In this document: piece after piece, positions 52,793-64,000 of the stretch
Layout of the letters: each line of letters begins with the position of its first letter
Numbering within the stretch: position 1 is the stretch's first letter
DNA from: Octopus sinensis
Taxonomy: Eukaryota
Assembly (NCBI RefSeq): GCF_006345805.1
Contig: NC_043004.1
Span: 53,444,001-53,508,000, forward strand
DNA length: 64,000 nucleotides
Direction: 5' to 3'
Notes under the pieces: generated by a model
Seen by the model: the letters and a program-made list of their open reading frames with translations, nothing else
Database searches by the model: none
What the model was told of the DNA's origin: nothing
Program-made: the position numbers and the translations under genes

Positions 52793-52870
<78 letters not shown>

Positions 52871-52874
<4 letters not shown>

Positions 52875-53451
52875 AAGAAGTAAATATATGGCACAACGAA
52901 GTACCGATATTTACTGGAAATAGCGAACGTAATGATACGACGCTAATGTATAGCTTCACCGCGTATGTACTAGCAAAAATGCGTGTGTGCAACAAACTAG
53001 AAAAAATTGTCTTACCTCCAGGGAGAACATCTGAAATGTGAAATACCTGGAAAAGGATAATGTGCGACCTGCGCAGGTTTCAGATTTTTCAAGATATGTC
53101 TGCCACCCATAAACTTGATCTATCTTCATCAGCCAAACATATACCACGACAACCTTTCAGATGTTACCACATTAATGCCATTACACTCGACTGAAACGGC
53201 GAAACGCTAACAGCACGAGAACGGTGAAGAAGTTTCAATAAATTAGTAATGCAATACTAGAGTATTGCTTTCCAGTAAAGAATAGCCCGTGAGGGGAAAA
53301 TATACAAAGAAGTAAATATATGGCACAACGAAGTACCGATATTTACTGGAAATAGCGAACGTAATAATACGACGCTAATGTATAGCTTCACCGCGTATGT
53401 ACTAGCAAAAATGCGTGCGTGCAACAAACTAGAAAAAATTGTCTTACCTCC
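52871..53451 (-). mobile_element. ORF-less partial tandem (432-bp period) with a hammerhead; retrozyme-like or pLTR-like
   Basis: tacaaagaagtaaat..gtcttacctcc occurs at 52871-53019 and again at 53303-53451. (TA)n lies on both sides. Confidence 0.75.
53060..53140 (-). ncRNA. Type I hammerhead with extended stem II and palindromic stem III
   Basis: Minus strand: CTGATGA-AGAT..TCAAG..TATG/CATA..CTTGA..ATCT-GAA-ACCTGCGCAGGT-C. This gives a 12-nt palindrome and a GTC triplet. Stem I (atgtttgg/gcacat) is imperfect. Confidence 0.7.
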
Positions 53452-53549
53452 ATATATATATATATATATATATATTATATAATATATATATATATATATA
53501 TATAATATATCACCTGGATCACCTGGATCCGCTAGCCACAATATATGCT

Positions 53550-54105
53550 CCATTCCTCAAGTGCTCTCACAATTCTCCTCCACGTTGTCCCGAACATTTC
53601 TTCTTCGACCATTTTCCCACCTGACTGAAGTTCTTCTGAGTGGCCTCTTCTTTTCGCGCGAGTACCACTAGACAACTACGCGGGACCAAAGATTGTCTGT
53701 GAAACTTGTGACATGATCGGCCCGTCGTAGCGTTGCGTGATGGCATTCTGCGACAACGTCCTTCACTCCATTTCTATCCTTGATCTCTTCGTTCTTGTCT
53801 GACGGCGTATCGAGCGAATGCGTAACAGCCGGAGGCGGTAAAATAGAAGAGATGAACAGCTACGTGCATCTCGGTCAAGAAGTGACAATGAAGCGAGAGA
53901 TGGCAAATGAGATCTCGCGAAGTGCAAGAACAGGATGGGAGCGTTCAACTCAATAAAGGATGTGTTGAAGATAAACCTACACAAAGCAACTCGCCCAGTT
54001 TTACCTGCAATGCTATGCGCATGTGAGACTTGGGCCTTGACTAAGAGAGGATATCTCCTTTCGGAGCAGATAGACATGCAAAGGTCGATGTTGGAAATCT
54101 CGCTA
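53550..54105. mobile_element. RTE-clade LINE RT fragment with an internal inversion
   Basis: Plus strand ~53825-54105: IEEMNSYVHLGQEV..AFNSIKDVL..VLPAMLCACETWALTK..MQRSMLEISL. Minus strand ~53550-53800 continues it: NEEIKDRNGVKDVV..ADHVTSFTDNLWSRVVV*WYSREKKRPL. Confidence 0.8.
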
Positions 54106-54599
54106 TATGTGTATGCATGTGTGTTTGTCTCTGTGTGTGCGTGCGTGTGTATGCGTGCGTGTGTATGCGTGTGTAAGTAAACCTCAGAGTTAGTTAAGTG
54201 AGTTTACGATATTCGTTCCTACGTTACAGGTTGAGTTTAAGTTAGGCGGAGGTCGTTTGTGCCTTTTGCTATTTTGAGTATTTTAAGTGATGTAACATAC
54301 AGTGTGTTCTCTTCTCTGCTGTGCTGTGTGTGACGAATTGCAACGATTAATATAGCGCTCCATCAGTTAAAAGATCGAAGATATAATAAACTCCTGAAAT
54401 ATTTTATGAAATATAGCTATCTGGGTTTTGCTGACCGAAATTTTATTCTTATTTCGTAATTTTTGAAGGTGTTAAATAACAAGAATATGGTTTAGTAACT
54501 GCAATGTATGTAATCTAGGTTTAAATAAGCACGTGTATTTGGAAACGATCATAGATTTAGCTTTTATGCATACACATCGGTTAATAGAAAACAGAGGGA

Positions 54600-54745
54600 A
54601 ATAAAGATACATAGATGGATATATAGTTAGATAGATAGATATACAGATAGATAGAATGATAGATAGATAGATAGATTGATAAATAGATAGATAAATAGAT
54701 AGATAGATAGAAAGATAGATAGACAGATAGATAGATAGATAGACT

Positions 54746-54812
<67 letters not shown>

Positions 54813-54817
54813 GGATG

Positions 54818-54898
<81 letters not shown>
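54600..54898. repeat. (GATA)n microsatellite
   Basis: Read directly from the sequence. Confidence 0.95.
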
Positions 54899-55776
54899 GC
54901 TATTTATTGGACATGAAAAAAGAGATTGCTTGTTTCTTCCGTTGATGATATTGATTCCTAACTATATAATATAATATTTTGTGTTTTTTTTATTATTTAT
55001 ATTCTCTCTACAGTTATGGAATTGATTGCTGATTCTCATCATATATTCACTTGATAAGATTGAATAATTTTGCGGCGAGAACAAATAATGAAATTGATGT
55101 TTAATGAAAAAGTATATGAAAAAAAAAAGACCCTTCAAGAAAGAGGATTCCTATGTAAACCTGGCATGTGATATAATTCTATAATGTCACGTTTTCGTTA
55201 TTAAACATCGAGTTTATGTCTATATTGATGGAGATAACTCGAGTCTAAATCGTGTCTTGCAATATATCGTTTATAAAATGTAACTTCATATTTCATTCAA
55301 ATAACGTAGCAAGTGTCTGTTTTTTGTTGCGCATTCATTATTTACGAAAGCATTAATGCAGATTTTGTGATTAATTGCAAACTTAGTTTTATGAACTTTC
55401 TACTTCGTCTTCCCATTGACAATCTTAAAAAAATGTAAATTGATAAAATTCACTCTACATGTCATAAATAAAGAAATTTGATGGCTGCTCAAAGGATATC
55501 ATTATTGACCAATTATATAGCATTTGGCCAACATAAATTCAGTCAACAATGATCAATGGGAAAATAATAGTAAGAAATATCATGGGCAACTGAGAAAATC
55601 ACAAGCCGAGTCATATTGTTTATTTACGTTCTGTGTTCAAATCCCATCGATTTGCTATTCTTTCTCGCAGATCAGGCTCTAAACGGAGATTGATCCGATC
55701 TATACTTATAAAAAGTCCAAATCTGACCCGCACATATATTGTGCATGGGGTAGAATATTGTTCAGTGTATAATTCA

Positions 55777-56201
55777 AGCGCAGGATTGGCTGTGTGGTAA
55801 GTAGCTTCCTAACCAACCACATGGTTCCGGGTTCATTCCCACTGCGTGGTATCTTGGGCAAGTGTCTTCTGCTATAGCCCCGGGCCGACCAATGCCTTGT
55901 GAGTGGATTTGGTAGACGGAAACTGAAAGAAGCCTGTCGTATATATGTGTATATATATATATATATGTATGTTTGTGTGTGTTTGTGTGTCTGTGTTTGT
56001 CCCCCTAGCATTGCTTGACAACCGATGCTTGTGCGTTTACGTCCCCGTCACTTAGCGGTTCGGCAAAAGACACCGATAGAATAAGTACTGGGCTTACAAA
56101 AGAATAAGTCCCGGGGTCGATTTGCTCGACTAAAGGCGGTGCTCCAGCATGGCCGCAGTCAAATGACTGAAACAAGTAAAAGAGTAAAAGAGTAAAGAGT
56201 A
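55777..56201 (+). mobile_element. tRNA-derived SINE
   Basis: Head ggctgtgtggtaag..ggttccgggttcattccc; central ttgggcaagtgtctt..gccttgtgagtggatttggtagacggaaactgaaagaagc; internal TA/TG tract; tail gactgaaacaagtaaaagagtaaaagagt. Confidence 0.85.
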
Positions 56202-57100
56202 CTCTTAATTAAATTCGTTGAAATACGTCTTGAGGGTCATATGGTAATATCTAAAGCAGGCTACGCAACTCGTTGAACCTCAAAATCAGCCGTTATTTTT
56301 TGTTTATATCTATTTACACCTTATAACATTAGTCTTATAATAAAATAATTGCTTTCTATCATAGCGTTATTTACGCATTCTAAATCATGTTCACTTCGTC
56401 CGAAGATCTTCGCAATCACAAAGAGAAGGACTGGATATATTACTCAACATTTCTGAGCAATTGTCTTAAGCCAGAACCTCGGGCGAATCTAACATCTTTT
56501 AGCGAAATGAGTTTGAGAATGCATGGAAGTGTGTCGGATGCATTGCACCCCTAATCCAATCTTATAACACTGAGCCTCGTTGATTCAGTGTGATATTGTC
56601 GTTAACAATAGATATTTTTCTGAAACATTTAGCCTGTGACTCGTTAACTCATTGACCATGCAGTTTTGTCGGCTGACTACTTAATTACTCATTGTACAAA
56701 CAATGAAATCGACACCTTTTTTTTATCTCAATATGTCCTTTCCGTATTCTAAAGAGAAAAACAAGAGACTTGAGTGAGATCTGGCTATATCAAACAGCTT
56801 GATCTACCAAGTACATGGTATCTTAAAGGGTAAAAATTTTGCTTCAAATAAACTATGTTACACATAGTGAACGGTTTCGGGCTATGATGTTGTACTATAA
56901 TTAAACTCCATATTTTGCTTTTGTTCCTAAAGTTTTTTTTTTCTTACCTAGGTTACTATTCCACAAGATTTAAATTTGACTTTTATCTATCCATTGAGAA
57001 AGAGTTTAGGTGACATGTAACCGTAATACGTAGCTGTCAATTCCAATGCAATGTTGAAATTTAAACATTGAGCTAATTATTTTCTGTCTTTCATGAATAT

Positions 57101-57299
57101 AGGCGTAGGAGTGGCTGTGTGGTAAGTAACTTGATTATGAACCACATGGTTCCAGGTTCCGTCCCACTGCGTGGCATGTTGGGCAAGTGTGTTCTACTAT
57201 AGCCTGGGGCCGACCAAAGCCTTGTGAGTGGATTTGGTAGACGGAAAGAAGCCCGTCGCATATATGTATATATATGTGTGTGTGTGTGTGTATGTGTGT

Positions 57300-57331
<32 letters not shown>

Positions 57332-57545
57332 TTGTGTGTCTGTGTTGTCACCCCAATATCGTCTGACAACCGATGCTGGTCTGTTTACCTCCCCGTAACT
57401 TAGCGGTTCGGCAAAACAGACCGATAGAATAAGTACTGGGCTTACAGAAAAGAATATGTCCAGGGTTCAATTTGCTCGACTAAAGGCGATGCTCCAGCAT
57501 GGCCGCAGTCAAATGACTGAAACAAGTAAAAAATTAAAAGAGTGT
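57101..57545 (+). mobile_element. tRNA-derived SINE, same family as 55777-56201
   Basis: Colinear similarity over the whole length. Confidence 0.85.
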
Positions 57546-57689
57546 ATAAGCAACGAGTTAACCGTTTGCTTTCTCTGCAGATGGCGAGCTACGTAATTTA
57601 CCTCACACTATTAATACATTTTACTCATTTTCTTCTTCTTCTCATCCACTCCCTCTCTTTTTTTTTCTTCTCCTTTTCCTCTTATTCTT

Positions 57690-57846
57690 CTACTTCATCA
57701 CCATCATCGTCGTCGCCATCGTCATCACCATCATCATCTTATTCATCACCGTCATCACGTCACGGACATCATCATACGCATCATCATCATCACCATACTA
57801 CTATTAATGCTAGTACTATTACTATTACTACTACTACTACTACTAC

Positions 57847-57905
<59 letters not shown>

Positions 57906-58326
57906 TCACTACTACTGCTGCTGCTGCTACTAATCTTACTAGCACCACTACCATCACTACCACCAATACACTTGCACTACTATTGCAGATGCTACTGCTG
58001 TCACTACTGCTGCTGCTGATATTTATGGTGCTACTTCTCCTACTATTACATTTTTTTCATGTTATTTTTTTACTTGTTACTGTTATTACTACTGTTACGG
58101 ACGATACTGAGGATCTTGCAACGACTGCAATTATTATTTCTTCTTCTTCTTCTTCTTCTTCTTCTTCTTCTTCTTCTTCTTCTTCTTCTTCTTCTTCTTC
58201 TTCTTCTTCTTCTTCTTTCTTCTTCTTCTTCTTCTTCTACCTCTTCTTCTTCTCTTTCTTCTTAATCTTCTTCTTCTTCTCCTTCCCCTTCTTCTTCTTC
58301 TACAACTACTGCTACTACTACTACTA

Positions 58327-58367
<41 letters not shown>

Positions 58368-58370
58368 ATT
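57690..58370. repeat. Compound trinucleotide microsatellite (CAT, ACT, AAT, GCT, CTT)
   Basis: Read directly from the sequence; explains the 296-aa low-complexity ORF 57542-58432. Confidence 0.9.
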
Positions 58371-58563
58371 CCTCTTTTTTTTCGTCTATAGATTTGTTAG
58401 ATATCACTCTAGACCTAAATGACGGTGGATAATTCTCACAAAACCAGTCAAATTCAGCAAACATTGCACTGAATATCTTGCCGTTTGAAACTAAGATTAA
58501 CAAAAGAAATCTTACAATTACTAATAACTTTAAACTTATATCTGTTTCTAAAATTAATAGAAA

Positions 58564-59801
58564 TATTGGACCATCCCAAAAAATAATGCGGTTGTTTTAC
58601 TTCTGTTATTTTTCAAAATAAAGATAAACAAATTTCTTTTCTTAATGTAAAGCTCTTTTTTACTCTCCTTCCTTTTCTACAATGTTGTTCCATCTATTTA
58701 GTAAACTTGGAAGGTTCTTTTCCAAAGTTCACTTGTTCGTGACGCCAGTACTCTACTGACCTCTTCTACAAAATTCATAGTTTTCCGTCCAATTGATTTT
58801 GAAGACTACATAATGAATTATAATGAGATTTGGCAATGTTCGGCGAATATAGTACCTCGGGCTTAGTTTCCCATTCGAACTGTTACAGCCTTTGGAATGC
58901 CATCATCGATATATGTCGCCGAGAATTATCCTGATGGAAGAACACCGTTCGTCTAGAAACCAAAGATGATCGTTTTTCTTCAAGCGCTGACTTAAGCCGC
59001 TCAAGCTGCTCAAAGTAGATATCCATTGTTATCGCTTGGTTTCGGTTTAAAAGTTCAAAGTGGACTAGATTTTTCATATCCCACCAAACAGATACAACAC
59101 ATTACGTGGGTGAAGACATTCTTTAGCCTGGGATGTCAGAGTTTCTCCTTTCCCTATCCACTGAATTCGGCGTTTCACATTTTTATAGAGAACCCATTTC
59201 TCGTTACCAGTCACTATTCGGTCTAAAATGGGTTTATTCGTGAGATGTGACAGCAAAGAAGGGCATACATTCACTCTCTGCACGCGTTTAGACTAAGAAA
59301 GTGTGTGAGGAACCCATTGACCCAGTTTGCTAACTTTTCCAATGGCCCACATTTTTCTATGAATGGTTGAATGACCAAATCCAAGTTTCTCTGTTAGTTC
59401 CTCAGCAGTTACGATGGTATTATGTTTTTCAGTTATTCAGGTTGTCCTCATCGAGCTTTAGAGATCTTCCAGGACGAGCCACGTTGACACTGGCTTACGC
59501 TTATTGACGTTCCCTATATACTACATTAATATTCCTCCGTTGTGTTTCCGTTGTGCTGTTGCTGTCATTGAACTTATAAAGCAAAATATGCCAAATGTGC
59601 TCCTTTGTCATTTCAATTATAGCTTTGAAAAAATAAATGTTAAAATCGAACTGCACTCTTCAAAACTTGCACTAAGAATAAGTATAAGGTAAAATTGCTA
59701 CCTGCGTTTATAGCAACTTGGTGCAGGTAGTTTATCCCCCCCTCTAGCTTTTAGTCCAAGCAGTTGAAAAAACAGCATTATTTATGGGATGACCCATGTA
59801 C
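58564..59801 (-). mobile_element. Near full-length degraded mariner transposon (~1.24 kb)
   Basis: TIRs tattggaccatcccaaaaaataatgcggtt and (reverse complement) tacatgggtcatcccataaataatgctgtt. Transposase pieces DRIVTGNEKWVLYKN and FELL..YFEQLERL..FFHQDNSRRH. Confidence 0.85.
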
Positions 59802-61099
59802 ATTGTCTTGTCACTGGAAAATATCTTGAAAACTCCTTGGTATATGAAGCTTAAATTACATTGATGATAGAGAAAATATACATGTCTCACAGTAAATTCA
59901 AATAAAAACCGAAATACCCAGCATTTGTATTTATTTTGAGAGCCGGAAAACAGTAATACCACTGCAAATACAATAAGTATGATAAGCGAAACTGGTCTGT
60001 TCTTGAAACCTTTTCACTTACACTAGCAGATTTGACACCTACATGTTGCGTTAAGCAGAAAAAATCAACATTCCGCCAAATGATTTTATTCTTTCGATAA
60101 GAATATTGTGTTTTTAAATAATTAAATGTTGTAAATACCTGTATTATGCTACTAGATTAATTTCGAAGCGGTGACAGAAAGAATGTTATCTTTAAAGTCA
60201 GGTTCAGGTGAAAACGGGTTAAACCACTTTGATTCCAAAATGCACAACCACTGATTAACAACGGAAAACAATTGACAAAACACCTTTCTACATTAAGTTC
60301 CACTCTCACTCCATAGCTATCCATTTGTAATGTTTCCTGTACACCCTTCCCTCGATACCAAACCGCCATCATTCTAAATTTCTATTAGCATTTCATTGCA
60401 TTTTTTTAATATATTTTAATTCTGGACATTTTAATAAAATATTTCCTAATTATTGATATTTTGTTGCATTTATTTTTAGTACTGTATAATGCCCTGTGTA
60501 TTTGTACATTCTCTTGATTGTAAATACATCTAGACATACATATATTCATAAATATGTTGCGATGTTTCTTTTTCACCTATAATATTTACAATTACATTAA
60601 TACTGTCCACATTAATGCGTACGTTTACAATCAAAGTTACACATAAAATATGCATATAATTTAATACATATAAATAGATAAATCAAACACCGTATATTAT
60701 TATTAGAAAAATAAGCAATCTGAAGTCACATACATATATGAATAAAAGTATATACAAGCTTCCTTTCCGCCGACCAGCAATCCGACATAAACGTATGCAT
60801 ATATCACACAAATACATACGAATAGTTACAAATATTCATATGTGTGGGTTTGCACATGTGTATGTAAGTGAATATTTTCAAATACATACACTTATTTATG
60901 TGTAGCACCCCCACCACACATATGTATATAAAGACAGAGAGAAACGTATATCTACGTAAATATAGACACACATACACACACACATATATATACTTATATA
61001 GATATAGATATAAACATAGATATAATACTTATGTGTATATATACTTATATATTTATAATATATTGATATTTATATGTACATATATATATGTATATATAT

Positions 61100-61132
<33 letters not shown>

Positions 61133-61648
61133 CATACATACATACATACGTACATGCATACATACATACATACATACATCCATACATATATATATAAATA
61201 TACATACAGTTTTGTAACTTGTTTGTGTACGCACATATTAATTTCTTTGGTGTTTGTACTTTCATAGAACACGATCGGCCTATTCACCCGAATAATTAAA
61301 TAAATAAATAATTAAAAGTAAATTAGTGAGCGACTAAAAAATTGGGAAAACAACATTTGTAGCAGAGAACAACAAAGATAGAACCCTATGAAGCATTCAA
61401 CGAAAGGCAGCCTTAGAAGCGATAGCTATGAAAGCTTTAACTTAACCATTACCATTGCAACGGTATTAGCTGAGACTGAATGGTAGTTAATTAGGTGATT
61501 AAGCCTTTCATTAAGTAGAATGAAATGAAATCTAATTATAAAATTATCAAAACAAATTGTGTTCCAATATCAACATCAATGATAATAATGGTTTTAATAA
61601 AAACGAAAATATAAACCAGAAGCAATTTAACAGTGGATTGTTTATTAC

Positions 61649-61718
<70 letters not shown>

Positions 61719-61839
61719 ACAATAGTATTGTGTTTGTTTCGTACAATACATCAACGGAAGACAAGTTACAAGAACTTATTACACGAAGCTCAATATTTTA
61801 CTGTTTGAGATAAACAAGGAAGTGAATGATATATCTATC

Positions 61840-61898
<59 letters not shown>

Positions 61899-62119
61899 TT
61901 ATGAGAGGTAATAGTGTCAGGAAATGCTGAGTAAGTGCTATGGACAGATTATAGTTAAGCTCCAGATTCGGTGATTATGCGAATAAGGAGTCCAACGTAG
62001 GTCATGTATCAGTATGTGTAATATATAAATAACATTTTTAGAATGAAATAAAAATCCAAGGCTGTGAAAGATTTTAGATCATTTATAAATAGAAGGTCTT
62101 GCAGCTGTTTTAGGGATAT

Positions 62120-62445
62120 TTTATATATCCCTGCATCAGAGATGGTGTGAGAAAATGGTTAAGCAATAGACATGCTTGACCTCCTGCTTCTGCCCCCGCC
62201 CCCGCCCTACCCGAGAAATATCAATTGAGGTAACTTTGGCACACAGAGATAACTTTGGTAGAAGGAATACGGTGGAATTTCTCAGAAAATAGGGGTGAGT
62301 GAGGGACTAAACCTATATATAAAGCACCCTATATAAAACACCCCTACAGTGTTTCATGCCGATTGGCCCAATCTTTTGGACGTGATGCGAGTACAGACGG
62401 ACGAACGGGCTGACATTACGTCCATTATAGTATGATTATAGTATG
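62120..62445. mobile_element. Possible DINE/HINE-like (Helentron-associated) fragment
   Basis: gtttcatgccgattggccc..cagacggacgaacgg..attatagtatgat resembles DINE-like ends. Resemblance only. Confidence 0.35.
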
Positions 62446-62685
62446 ATATATATGTATGTATTTTGTACTAGATCCAAAAGGTCCACAGTTATTCGTCGAC
62501 AGCCATTCTAAGTAAAAGTTAGAAAGGAATTCCCGTCGTTTTTTGGAACAGTGAATTATTGCATCCCTCGCCATGAGAAAATTGACCCTGCGTCTTCCGT
62601 ATAGAAATGAGTGAGTGATGAATTTATTTGATATTTAGAATGACATCAAGTTACATAAACTTTGAAATAGTCCAAATAAAAAACA

Positions 62686-62689
<4 letters not shown>

Positions 62690-62770
<81 letters not shown>
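62690..62770. repeat. (GA)n microsatellite
   Basis: Read directly from the sequence. Confidence 0.95.
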
Positions 62771-62772
<2 letters not shown>

Positions 62773-63914
62773 ACAAGTAAAATCGCAATAACTTGAGGAA
62801 CATAATGAGATAAAGTAAGTGGATGTTATATCAGGATTGCAAGTAGTAGAAACAATTCGATTAACAATTGACTCCTTAGGGACCTGGCATTGCAGCTGGC
62901 ATATTTAGAATGAATTTTATATCATAAGGTTGGTTTGTAAAATGTTTATGATAGAAATTTCATAAATTAGAATTATATACAAAATATATGCGGTTCTTGG
63001 TTTTTACAGCAGGTCTAACAAGGGCCAACGGTAGCCTTTGGTGGCGACCATTCTGCTGCAATCATCCAACAATTCCTCAGATACGAATATGATTGCTCTT
63101 ACGAAGCCGCCAATACGTAAGGCCAGGAAGCAGGAGCAAGGGATTATCGCCGAGTGTGTGTTTGATTATGTGCATATGTGAATATATATGTGCGTCCGTT
63201 TTGTTACAGCGCGTTACGCGCAATGTGTGTGCGTATCTGTCCAAATATGTTTGTTGCTCATAGAATGTAAGATATGTAACATGTATCCATCTGCATAAAT
63301 ATATCACAGATGAGAAATATATTCACCTCGTAAATGGCCTTATATATTTGCACATATCAGTGTATATTCATATACAGAATATACATACATGTGCGCTCGC
63401 ACACGCACATACATATATGCATGTATGTGTGTGTATATATATATATAGTTCATATACACATGCACGTATATGTGTGAGTGCGTTTATGTCAGTCCACAAA
63501 TGTTTCTTTTCTATTATTTACATGCGTCTTTAATAATTATATACGAGTTCGCATCTTTATTGAAATATATTTCTTCCTGAGAAAGAGATTATAACTAAGA
63601 ATTTAAGTAAAAACTGATATTCAAACTATGCAAACGAGTTCCATTTGATGCTGAGAAAATTAATAAAAGATCACACTTCACAACAGTTCAAAGCTGGAAT
63701 TTCTTTAACTTCTTATCTTTTGTGTATATGAGTAATAACTGCGTTTTAAGACTTCTAAAGATGGCACTTACATGCGTTTTATTCTTTGAAAAGCTTTCAT
63801 ATTTGCCATCTGAAGAATTTTTGTGAAAAGTTGGTAGAATTTCTTAATTATATGCCGCTATACTTGTTCCTATTTCACAAAAGCCGTTGAAAAGAATATT
63901 TCATATATATATAT

Positions 63915-63966
<52 letters not shown>

Positions 63967-64000
63967 GAAAAGAATAAATATTTCATGTGTGTGTGTGTGA

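Larger units (their letters stand above)
33222..52800 (+). mobile_element. Right arm of the giant PLE array (~2.6 units, ~7.44-kb period)
   Basis: Three non-coding regions, three hammerheads (37691, 45130, 52579) and two ORFs (ATG at 37966 and 45411). Ends in (TA)n at ~52800, about 65 bp before where the next ATG would lie. Confidence 0.95.

Noticed and set aside
21423-52800. The whole palindrome as a fold-back read artefact
   Set aside because: The arms differ systematically (190-bp insertion, arm-specific substitutions, 105-bp asymmetric centre). The extra right-arm unit could still be an assembly expansion.
57542-58432. 296-aa ORF and other poly-I/Y/L/N or YI/CV-repeat ORFs (e.g. 10728-11351, 8516-8971, 14302-14658)
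   Set aside because: These are translations of microsatellites.

Overview
AT-rich, microsatellite-dense eukaryotic DNA made almost entirely of transposon-derived sequence. The SINE and repeat families resemble those of octopus/cephalopod genomes; this is an inference. No host gene is confidently identifiable, and most ORF-track entries are microsatellite artefacts. The dominant structure is a ~31.4-kb head-to-head multimer (21423-52800) of one Penelope-like retroelement (PLE) with a ~7.3-7.45-kb unit. Each unit has a ~2.5-kb RT + C-terminal GIY-YIG ORF (Naiad-like), an unusually long ~4.4-kb repetitive and structured non-coding region, and a minimal type I hammerhead ribozyme. The left arm (~1.6 units, minus strand) and right arm (~2.6 units, plus strand) meet at a fold-back junction at ~33222, and both outer ends lie in (TA)n. 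Four unrelated short ORF-less elements, also set in (TA)n, carry hammerhead or hammerhead-like motifs (3079-3908, 8866-9320, 20273-21346, 52871-53451). Three of them are partial tandems, and one is also inverted, so they look retrozyme-like or pLTR-like. The rest comprises R4/Dong-like and RTE LINE fragments, further PLE endonuclease relics, two mariner elements, Helitron/Helentron-like elements, tRNA-derived SINEs and simple repeats. All coordinates were read by eye and may be off by a few bases.
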